Origin: a bacterium
GTDB taxonomy: Bacteria > SAR324 > NAC60-12
DNA: 64,000 bases
Direction of reading: 5' to 3'
Assembly (NCBI GenBank): GCA_965233585.1
Contig: CBDDTI010000745.1
Coordinates: 96,001-160,000 of the forward strand
A program made the position numbers and the translations under genes. Positions 31,401 through 38,873 of this stretch are shown here, piece by piece. Within the stretch, counting starts at the first letter, position 1, and each line of letters begins with the position of its first letter. The notes below the pieces were generated by a model. The model was not told the DNA's origin. It did no database searches and was given only the letters and a program-made list of their open reading frames with translations.

Positions 31401-32174
31401 GTCATAGCCTGCAACCTCTCCAGCTTTGGCTTTCTGAATCACATTGACATCACCAACTTTAATACTGGCAGTTGTCGCTCCTAAATTGTCAGTAAATTTA
31501 GCTTGATAGGCAAGTTGAGCAGGGGCGTTGTTGCCAGCTTGTCCAGCCTGTCCATTAGAACCATCAGCACCGTTACAGACGTAAGTGGTTTTGAGGACGG
31601 TGTCTTTGGCATCAAACTTTGTTTTGTCATCTTTTCCAGTTTCAGTGTAGAAGTTGACTTGGACGCCTCCGACAGTTTTGCAGTAGGCGGCTGATGTGCC
31701 TGCATTAGTGACGGCTGGTTTGACTTTCGTGTTGTCTTTGACTAGCAGTTTGACTTGTGCGGAAGTGGGAGTTCCTGAAAAGCTGACAGTGTGGACTTTG
31801 GTGTAGTCGCCTTTTGCACCAGCAGCGCCTGCAGCACCTTTTGCCCCATCGCAGACGTATTCGGTTTTTGCGACCTCATCGCCTTCCAGCTTGCCATCAG
31901 CATTTTTGTCTATGCCCATTTTGATTTCCACCCCTGCACGCCCTTGACACTCTTTCATAGACATAGACTCTGCGTCACTGCTGGCGTCAAAGGCAGTTTT
32001 GGCATAAGCGTATGACGGCTTTGCCTCTGCCTTTTTTTGTTGTTCAGTCGTGTTTTCGGTCGTTTCAGCTTCAGAAGAAGAGCCAGAACTGCTGGAGTCG
32101 CTGGCACAAGAAGCAATCATCGCAGAAGCTAGGGCGATGGAGCTGATTTGAGCAAATCTTTTTAACAGATTCAT
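28464..32174 (-). CDS. Large surface lipoprotein with internal repeats
   Basis: Lipobox MIASC, Ser-rich linker, G-X-Y triplets, five ~100-aa repeats (TG[IV]FVI..G?D[TV]L[FL]L), LWESDGT motif. Confidence 0.85.
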   Translation of the reverse strand: MNLLKRFAQISSIALASAMIASCASDSSSSGSSSEAETTENTTEQQKKAEAKPSYAYAKTAFDASSDAESMSMKECQGRAGVEIKMGIDKNADGKLEGDEVAKTEYVCDGAKGAAGAAGAKGDYTKVHTVSFSGTPTSAQVKLLVKDNTKVKPAVTNAGTSAAYCKTVGGVQVNFYTETGKDDKTKFDAKDTVLKTTYVCNGADGSNGQAGQAGNNAPAQLAYQAKFTDNLGATTASIKVGDVNVIQKAKAGEVAGYDRVIFDLDKNANGTFTNIGVLNDGKASELENWSALGVVTNYYKTTAGTPPTVFFNVSNDLYFVNADDMAVKVDLTATIDKIEPAATGVFVIDNTDSGSKLFFVKNDGTVENLAADDKLEFKGANPKNIEVIGDTLFLHEDNASAIIKGATSLITHVARVTAGGKIDAVTLPAKVAFNVVGAKTSFVKGKTGVFVIDATATAGGAKSVLAFVPTTGDVQNLAETGMDFKDTAPQAVVVDDTLFLSGGGSNATISDDGAGNKVDLEKQVGRAKVVSVLKPGQAAPQVQPTKLGLVGSSSITTPANVSFVKAKTGIFVIDHTALKAKSKLFFAPTTGNNATSVKHSNTNFDGTAPTTAVIGDTLLLTGGGNSGKLVTDTGGNGQKEVAIVKKTTAMDLVKLNTVAMAVTKDKVSFEKGETGIFVIGFTAGVSKSDLYFVKENGDVEDLGESTLNFDDTAPQAVAVGDVLFLNGGGTAPKTKTTAGKDLLANVAMAAAAQATASDSAAVKLKGVSSITIAAKTDVTLVEAKTGIFVIDAKSDASDLAFIDKEGNETILSDGINFKGRGLLGNKEQIKKQVVSTYDNAGKATGDKLHLFVVKGAVSPTYKDNPGIAFSSGETKHRLLNPQHVTIVDGQAVHVGGKLYFGSGSYLWESDGTKANTKVLGKHTVTSIAADGNKVYFYAGKLYKIADVTADPVVISEIFKVDGTTSHTLKAGAGGLTVVGGKLYGIDNNDNAVYLGTGSNLDPVIVADDDDNAGDKVGDVSGLHVLGNKIIAVGAAKLADATSTTLNGATEIKGNSATLKPDVTTAKPVLAGDALFVVQHTTTKLFVTKGTTATQVKDDGGTAVKADAAFKAAKVGSSYYVLIAGKLYSVDMTNGNEGKATVVDYGADSGVNLAVVKNSDDKEHLFVITKFEVFVKKEGAKEVFKETDLKRYGFTKQTNDYITHPTVVGNKLYFLANSASGNYFSNHGIEWFYTEQN

Positions 32175-32305
32175 AAATTATCCTTTGGATAGAGGTTTAA
32201 AGAAAAGCCCCTCATGTGAGATGCGACTCACGGGAAGGGACTCATAACATTTGCTTGTTTCACACTGCAACACTCAAAAATCACAACAAAGACCTGATGA
32301 CAGCC

Positions 32306-32503
32306 GTCATTGCGGGCGTGGATTTTGGTCATTCCGTGCCTGACACGCCATCTGACGTTCCCCGTCATTCCGTGCCTGACACGCCATCTCCACAAAACCG
32401 TCATTGCGGGCTTGACCCGCAATCTCCACAAAACCGTCATTGCGGGCTTGACCCGCAATCTCATTGCGAGTTTTGAGACCCCGCATCAAGCACTCAAAAT
32501 GAC
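32306..32503. repeat. Cluster 3 of GTCAT-tagged palindromic repeats
   Basis: GTCATTCCGTGCCTGACACGCCATCT x2 and an exact 36-bp tandem CCACAAAACCGTCATTGCGGGCTTGACCCGCAATCT x2. Confidence 0.9.
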
Positions 32504-32749
32504 AAAGGTCGTCAGCAAGCCACCATCACCAAACACCCAAGCTAGCAGACTAACCAAGATTTATTTCATAAAAAGGGTATCTTTGTAACAAGATGAGATT
32601 ACAGTCAAACAAGCAGAAGAGATTATGCACGTACAAAAAAAAAAACCAAGCCCCGCCTCAGAGAAAGCGATCATTTTTTGTGAAAAAACGTGGCAAATTC
32701 AGCAAATTGACAAGTCTATGAGACAATAAAATCAAACACTTCCAACCAA

Positions 32750-32860
32750 ATGAAAAAAGTTGAAAAAATTTTGAAAAAAGTTGAAAAAAGTTGGGAAAAG
32801 GGAGGAGAATTGGGGAAACTGGAAAGGAATTGAGAAAAAGGGGGAAAGAAGAGGAGAAAA
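32750..32860. repeat. Purine-rich low-complexity tract with ~10-bp period
   Basis: TGAAAAAAGT-like units repeated, decaying into G/A-rich units. Confidence 0.75.
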
Positions 32861-32870
32861 GACGTTCTTA

Positions 32871-33277
32871 GTCATTCTGCACTTGATGCGGAATCTCAAA
32901 AAAAGGAGTTGTTGGCAAAAAGACAAGACAGATTGCGGGTCAGGTCCCCAATGACGTTTTTCAAGTCCTGCAATGAGGAGAAAAAACGAGCCTGCAACTT
33001 CTCTTAATCATTCCGCACTTGATGCGGAATCTCAAAAAAGGAATTGTTGACAAAAAGACAAAGGAGATTGCGGGAAAGTGAGAAAAGTGAAGAAACTAGG
33101 AAAAAGAATGAGATTGCGGGTCAGGTCCCCAATGACTGCTACTGTCATTCGGAACGAAAGAACGTCACCTTTGTGAAAACAGGGGCAGGAATCCAGTCAT
33201 GTAGGAATCTGTGCTTGGTTTTGAGATAGATTCCGTATCAAGCACGGAATGACAATTTTCAAGTTCTGCCATGACGG
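32871..33277. repeat. Cluster 4 of GTCAT-tagged palindromic repeats
   Basis: TCATTCYGCACTTGATGCGGAATCTC x2, GATTGCGGGTCAGGTCCCCAATGAC x2, GATTCCGTATCAAGCACGGAATGAC. Confidence 0.9.
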
Positions 33278-33329
33278 GGTAGTGAGAGAATGAAAAATTT
33301 TTAAAAAGAAATTTTTTATTCGAATGGCT

Positions 33330-33920
33330 TTAAAGCACTCTTTTCATTTCTGCAACGAGTTCTTCAATGGGTGTTTCATGGTCAACGATGTTGTAAAAGA
33401 CTCCGTTGGAGTGCATCAGATAAAAAGAGCTTGTGTGAGCCATCGCATAGTAATCGGGGGCATTGGCAGGAGCTTCTAGCTTGGAATAATAGGCGCCATA
33501 AATTTTAGCAACATGCTTGATTTGTGCAGGTGTCCCAGTCAATCCTACGATGTTGTCATGGAAGTGACTGACATACTGTTTGAGAATCTCTGGGGTGTCC
33601 CGTGCAGGGTCAATGCTAATGAAGAGGACACGCCACGTCTGGGAGTCTTCACCCAAAGCGTTCAAGGCTTGCGAGATAGTAAACAAAGAAGTTGGACAAA
33701 TGTCAGGGCAAAACGTGTATCCAAAAAAGACGACCGTTTTTTTGCCGTTGTAGTTGCGTTCTGTCACGTCCTGACGATTGAAATCTGTCAGCTCAAACTT
33801 TCCACCAATGGGAACGCCAGAACTTTGGGGAGGTTGGGGGTCTTGCGTTAAAACCAAAACAGCACTGACCACCATCAACCCAATGGGTAACCCAAGATAA
33901 ATTAGGATTCTTGACATCAA
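33330..33920 (-). CDS. SCO1/SenC family copper chaperone
   Basis: FFGYTFCPDICP (CxxxC), SIDPARDTPE, Y.MAH. Confidence 0.93.
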   Translation of the reverse strand: MMSRILIYLGLPIGLMVVSAVLVLTQDPQPPQSSGVPIGGKFELTDFNRQDVTERNYNGKKTVVFFGYTFCPDICPTSLFTISQALNALGEDSQTWRVLFISIDPARDTPEILKQYVSHFHDNIVGLTGTPAQIKHVAKIYGAYYSKLEAPANAPDYYAMAHTSSFYLMHSNGVFYNIVDHETPIEELVAEMKRVL

Positions 33921-33978
33921 ACTCCTTTTTTCATTTTTAATTGAAAACGTTTGTTAATTTAGAACATTGAATGAATTT

Positions 33979-34800
33979 TTAAGAACTTACTGACAACTCT
34001 TGCGCCCTTTGAAGTCCTTTTTGAAATCCTTGTTTGAAAAGAGATTGCAAGCCAGTTTGGTCATCAAGCAAGGGATTCAAGACTTCAAGAGTTGTTCCAC
34101 CCGGACTACAAACTTGCTTTCGCAATGTTTCTGCTGTCAAATCGCTTTGCTGAATCAACGATGCAGTGCCAAGCAAAGTGTGTTCAACCAATGTCTTCGC
34201 TTGGTGTGGGTTGATTCCCAATGCAACCGCCTCACTTTGCATGACTTCTGCCAACAAGGCGATGTATGCAGGGGCGCAACTTGAAACAAGCATGCCAACA
34301 TCTAAAAGCCTCTCTGTCTCCATTTCTTCAACAAGTCCTGTGGACTCCAACAACTGCAACACGAACGCTTTTTGCTCATCACTCACTTTTGGTGACGCAA
34401 CAGATAACGTGACGCCTTGACCAATCTCACAAGGTGTGTTTGGCAACGCACGCACGAGGGGGACATCAGAAGACAAAATGTTGTGATATTCGCGGAAGCA
34501 CACTCCTGCTGCAAAAGTTAAAATAAATGTTTGGGACGTCACCCAGTGTTGATAGCAAGGCAACACTTCTCTTAATTTCTGCGGTTTGATGGCAACAACC
34601 AGACAATCATAAGTTTTTTGACTGGGGAGTTCCTCAACACAAGAGTAGGTTGACAAATGTGAATGGCTAGGAAGTTGTTTGGCGCTGTTGGGAGACACAA
34701 CAGAAATGGATAAATTTTGAAGCAGAGTGTCAGATTGAAGCCAGCCATTCAGCATGACTTTTGCCATCCGACCGCAGCCGATTACAAGAAGATTTTTCAT
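33979..34800 (-). CDS. proC: Pyrroline-5-carboxylate reductase
   Basis: IGCGRMA, AIKPQ, RALPNTP, VCSPGGTT. Confidence 0.9.
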   Translation of the reverse strand: MKNLLVIGCGRMAKVMLNGWLQSDTLLQNLSISVVSPNSAKQLPSHSHLSTYSCVEELPSQKTYDCLVVAIKPQKLREVLPCYQHWVTSQTFILTFAAGVCFREYHNILSSDVPLVRALPNTPCEIGQGVTLSVASPKVSDEQKAFVLQLLESTGLVEEMETERLLDVGMLVSSCAPAYIALLAEVMQSEAVALGINPHQAKTLVEHTLLGTASLIQQSDLTAETLRKQVCSPGGTTLEVLNPLLDDQTGLQSLFKQGFQKGLQRAQELSVSS

Positions 34801-34935
34801 CAGTTCATCTCAATCAATTTGAAAAGAAGAATGTATTTTACACGTATTTGGCAGGCTTGTCAGACAATATTTTATTTTTGAGAAAAAGCTCAAAAATAGG
34901 TATCCTGTATTATTTTTTAAGCCAAGGGTAAGCCT

Positions 34936-36234
34936 ATGACAATCGTTTATGTGGGAATGACAGCTGACATTTTGCATCATGGTCATATCAATATTTTGGA
35001 AGAAGCCGCAAAGCATGGAGAAGTGGTAGTCGGTTTGCTGACAGACCGTGCAGTTGCAGAGTACAAAAGACAACCTTATTTAGATTTTGAACACCGCAAA
35101 AAAATCCTTGAACAACTCAAGTCTGTGCATCGTGTCATTGCCCAAGAACAATGGGATTATGCCCCAACTCTTCAACAACTGAAACCCGATGTGATGGTTC
35201 ATGGGGACGACTGGCAACATGGAAATTATCGCCTGATGCGTGAACGTGCTTTGGAGGCGATGGCAGAGTGGGGAGGTAAGGTGATTGAAATCCCATACAC
35301 TGAAGGGGTGTCATCAAAACGTCTGAAATCACAACTTCAGGCATTAGGCACAACAGCTGACATCAGAAGAGCCAGTTTAAGAAGGTTGATTGATGCCAAA
35401 GGGTTGGTGAAAATGATGGAGGCGCACAGCCCCTTGTCTGCTTTAATCATTGAACAAGCAGAGGTAGAAGTTGGCAGTTTAAGCAGAAGTTTTGATGGCT
35501 TTTGGGCGTCTTCTTTGACTGATTCCACACTTCGTGGCAAGCCTGACACTGAAGCTGTAGATTTGTCAACACGCATGAAAAGCGTTGATGACATCTTTGA
35601 AATTACAACCAAACCACTGATTTTTGATGCAGACACAGGCGGGCAAGTGGAGCATTTTTGCTTGAATGTTCGCACCCTTGAAAGGTTGGGAGTGTCTGCT
35701 GTCATCATTGAAGACAAAACAGGACTTAAAAAAAATTCTTTGTTTGGTAATGACGTCCCACAACAACAAGACGACATTGCCAGTTTTTCAAAAAAACTTT
35801 CTGCGGCAAGGCAGGCTAAAATGACAGAAGACTTTATGATCATTGCACGCATTGAAAGTTTAATCCTTGACTCAGGAATGGATGATGCCTTAACCCGTGC
35901 CAAGGCTTATGCAGAAGCAGGGGCTGATGGCATTATGATTCACAGCCGCCAAAAAAAACCTGATGAAATTCTTGAGTTTTGCTCTCAATTTAGACAATTC
36001 AGCAAAACGTTAGACCTTGTTGTCGTGCCAACCAGCTACAACTCCATCACTGACACAGAACTCATGCAGGCAGGGGCAAACATCTCTATCCATGCCAATC
36101 ACATGCTACGTTCCTCTTATCTTGCGATGCAAAAAGTCGCTCAATCTGTCTTGAAACATGACCGTTCTCTTGAAGCATCAGAGTTCTGCCTCTCTATCAA
36201 AGAAATTTTAAATCTGATTCCCGGCACCAAGTAG
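34936..36234 (+). CDS. pepM: Phosphoenolpyruvate mutase fused to an N-terminal cytidylyltransferase domain
   Basis: DILHHGH and VHGDDW (cytidylyltransferase); diagnostic EDKTGLKKNS (EDKx5NS); ARIESLI. Confidence 0.95.
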   Translation: MTIVYVGMTADILHHGHINILEEAAKHGEVVVGLLTDRAVAEYKRQPYLDFEHRKKILEQLKSVHRVIAQEQWDYAPTLQQLKPDVMVHGDDWQHGNYRLMRERALEAMAEWGGKVIEIPYTEGVSSKRLKSQLQALGTTADIRRASLRRLIDAKGLVKMMEAHSPLSALIIEQAEVEVGSLSRSFDGFWASSLTDSTLRGKPDTEAVDLSTRMKSVDDIFEITTKPLIFDADTGGQVEHFCLNVRTLERLGVSAVIIEDKTGLKKNSLFGNDVPQQQDDIASFSKKLSAARQAKMTEDFMIIARIESLILDSGMDDALTRAKAYAEAGADGIMIHSRQKKPDEILEFCSQFRQFSKTLDLVVVPTSYNSITDTELMQAGANISIHANHMLRSSYLAMQKVAQSVLKHDRSLEASEFCLSIKEILNLIPGTK

Positions 36235-36356
36235 CTTTGGTTTTTTAGGTCATGTCGTGTTAGTCACTTGGCAACAATCAAGTCATCAATAACTAAATTG
36301 CTGACTATACTATGATAACTGATTTGTTTAATCATTTTTATTTTTAGGATTTTGTT

Positions 36357-36662
36357 ATGAGTATTACATTAAATTTGCCAATAGATATTAAGAATGCTTT
36401 GCTTAAAGAAGCAGAAGCAAAAAAACAAGATTTAGAAAGTATTATTATTGAATGCTTGAATACTAAAGTAAATAATGATGTCAATGAAAGTTTAGATTTA
36501 AAGGGTATGCTTGCAGAAGTAGAACAGAAACTTGAAGAAGTTAAGAAAAGACCTAAAACAAATTTATTATCAATGGTTGGTTCAGGTGATCATTGTAGAA
36601 GTTTTAAATCTACGCAAGAAGCTGAACGATTTATTCGTGATTTAAGGAACGAATGGGGTTAA
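36357..36662 (+). CDS. Putative VapB-type antitoxin
   Basis: N-terminal ITLNLP..LLKEA (RHH-like), C-terminal FIRDLRNEW; abuts PIN gene; very AT-rich. Confidence 0.7.
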   Translation: MSITLNLPIDIKNALLKEAEAKKQDLESIIIECLNTKVNNDVNESLDLKGMLAEVEQKLEEVKKRPKTNLLSMVGSGDHCRSFKSTQEAERFIRDLRNEWG

Positions 36663-37108
36663 AAATGAACTTTGAAAGTGATGATAAAATTTACTTTGAT
36701 TCAAATATTTTTATTTATTCTATTGAAAATTTAGATGATAGTAAATCAGTGTTTATAAATGATTTTTTGAAATCACTTGATTGTCGTTTAAATCAAATTA
36801 TTACAAGTCAGTTAACACTTTTAGAATGTCTTGTAAAGCCTAGAAGAGATAGAAATAAAGAACTTGAAAATAAATATTTGGATAATATTGTAAATAACGA
36901 AAATATTTTTTTAGATGATATTGATACAAAAACTCTTATGTTAGCATTAGATATAAGATCCAAAGAAAATTTTCAAATTCCTGATGCAATTCATATAGCA
37001 ACAGCAGTCAAAAATGAGTGTTCTGCTATTTTAACAAATGATAAGCATTTTAAAGTATTAGAAAGTCAAAATATGAAAGTTTGGTACTTAGATGATTTGC
37101 TAAATTAA
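36653..37108 (+). CDS. vapC: PIN-domain VapC toxin
   Basis: IYFDSNIFIY, LTLLECLVKP, PDAIHIATA, LTNDKHF; start 36653 or 36665. Confidence 0.9.
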   Translation: MGLKMNFESDDKIYFDSNIFIYSIENLDDSKSVFINDFLKSLDCRLNQIITSQLTLLECLVKPRRDRNKELENKYLDNIVNNENIFLDDIDTKTLMLALDIRSKENFQIPDAIHIATAVKNECSAILTNDKHFKVLESQNMKVWYLDDLLN

Positions 37109-37239
37109 ATAAATACACAACAAGCAAAATAAATCTGAATCAAAAACGTGTTTGATAAATTAGGTGACAGTCCAGCGAAAAAGGAACGACCCGCTCAATA
37201 TTATCAATCACGAAAAAGTAGAATAAAAAACAGTCCACT

Positions 37240-38367
37240 ATGAAAGCACAAGAATTATATCAAGCACTGACTGCTCAAGGCATTGACTTTTATGCAGGAG
37301 TTCCAGATTCGTTGTTGAAGCATTTTTGCTCATACATGACCAGCAAATTGCCCAAAGACCAGCATGTCATTACTGCTAACGAAGGTGGTGCTGTCGGATT
37401 GGCAATAGGCAGGTATTTGGCAACGGCAAAGCCTGCTGTGGTCTATATGCAAAACTCTGGATTGGGTAATGCAGTCAATCCAGTTGTTTCATTGGCAGAT
37501 TCGTTGGTGGCAGGGATTCCAATGGTGTTGCTGATTGGCTGGCGTGCAGAAAGATTGGAAGACGGCACACAGCTCAAAGATGAACCACAGCACCTCAAGC
37601 AAGGGCAAATCACAACTTCTTTGCTTGAGACCATGGGGGTAGAGTATCAAATCATTGATGCCGAAACACCCAATCTTGCAGAAATTGTTTCCCAGCTTGT
37701 GCAAAAAACAACAGCTTCACAACAGCCTGTCGCTTTGCTTGTTCGCAAAAATACGTTTGAAAGTGAACCTTCGCTTGACTTTTCAACACCCTATCATTTG
37801 AAAAGAGAAGAAGCGATTGAACAGATTTTACAAGCCATTCCTTCAGACACTCCTGTCATTTCTACAACGGGCATGATTTCAAGAGAAGTGTTTGAGTTAC
37901 GGAAAAAACACAAGATGGGACATGAAAAAGATTTTTTGATTGTTGGGGCGATGGGGCATGCCTCGCAAGTAGCGATGGGTGTTGCCAGTGCATATCAGGG
38001 GAAGGTGTTATGTTTAGATGGCGATGGAGCTTTTTTGATGCACTTGGGGTCTTGTGCTTTGACAGCAAGATGCTCAAATCTCATTCATGTTGTGCTGAAC
38101 AATGCCGCACATGACAGCGTTGGGGGACAACCCACACTTGGCTTTGACCTGAAAATAGATGCCCTTGCCGAAACACTAGGTTATCAATCTGTCAAAACTT
38201 TGCATGAATTAGGAACGATTCAAGACTCCTTACATCAAGCCTTTCAAGCAGAAGGAAACACGTTCATTGAAGTCCGCATCATACGAGGCAACCGACCCGA
38301 CTTAGGCAGACCGACAAACTCCCCTTCACAGAACAAAGCACTTTTCATGCAAGCCTTCCAAAAATGA
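37240..38367 (+). CDS. ppd: Phosphonopyruvate decarboxylase
   Basis: GVPDSLLK, ANEGGAVG, YMQNSGLGNAVNP, DEPQH, DGDGAFLMH, HDSVGGQPT. Confidence 0.95.
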   Translation: MKAQELYQALTAQGIDFYAGVPDSLLKHFCSYMTSKLPKDQHVITANEGGAVGLAIGRYLATAKPAVVYMQNSGLGNAVNPVVSLADSLVAGIPMVLLIGWRAERLEDGTQLKDEPQHLKQGQITTSLLETMGVEYQIIDAETPNLAEIVSQLVQKTTASQQPVALLVRKNTFESEPSLDFSTPYHLKREEAIEQILQAIPSDTPVISTTGMISREVFELRKKHKMGHEKDFLIVGAMGHASQVAMGVASAYQGKVLCLDGDGAFLMHLGSCALTARCSNLIHVVLNNAAHDSVGGQPTLGFDLKIDALAETLGYQSVKTLHELGTIQDSLHQAFQAEGNTFIEVRIIRGNRPDLGRPTNSPSQNKALFMQAFQK

Positions 38368-38738
38368 ATGAAGCAGAAAATGACCCCCAAAAAACAGAAT
38401 CCAATAAAGAAACCCTGACCCAATCTGCTCAAACAGAGTCTTTAAGTGATTTTTTAAGCCGTCATCAAGATGAAGTAGAATCAGACCCGCTGCACTTTGT
38501 CAGTGATGTCTCACTTCGTCTGGAAGCAGAGCTTGCTAGAATGGAGGTGCCTCTGCATGAATTGCTGGCATGGAAGACTCAACATGTTGTCAAGTTTAGG
38601 CGAATTGTTGGTGAACCTGTTGACCTTGTTATCAGAGACCGTTTGATTGCAAGGGGTGAGGTAGTGATTGTTGAAGACCATTTTGCAATCCGTGTTGTAG
38701 AGATTTGCAACGTTGATGAAAAAATTCAAAGTGATTAA
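38364..38738 (+). CDS. fliN: Flagellar motor switch FliN-like protein
   Basis: SpoA domain: DVSLRLEAEL..GEPVDLVI..LIARGEVVIVEDHFAIRV; ATGA overlap with ppd. Confidence 0.8.
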   Translation: MNEAENDPQKTESNKETLTQSAQTESLSDFLSRHQDEVESDPLHFVSDVSLRLEAELARMEVPLHELLAWKTQHVVKFRRIVGEPVDLVIRDRLIARGEVVIVEDHFAIRVVEICNVDEKIQSD

Positions 38739-38873
38739 AACGTCAGCTTCATTGACTAATCTCAAAAATTTTTCAATACTTGTCTAAGTTTATTTTTTAA
38801 AAACACGAATTATTTTGGCAAAAATTCAACTCAATTTCATTGACCTTTTCACAAATTAAACAAAGAAACCGCT

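Noticed and set aside
34936..38367. Fosfomycin or other antibiotic biosynthesis cluster
   Set aside because: No downstream tailoring, export or kinase resistance genes are present; the architecture fits surface phosphonates better.
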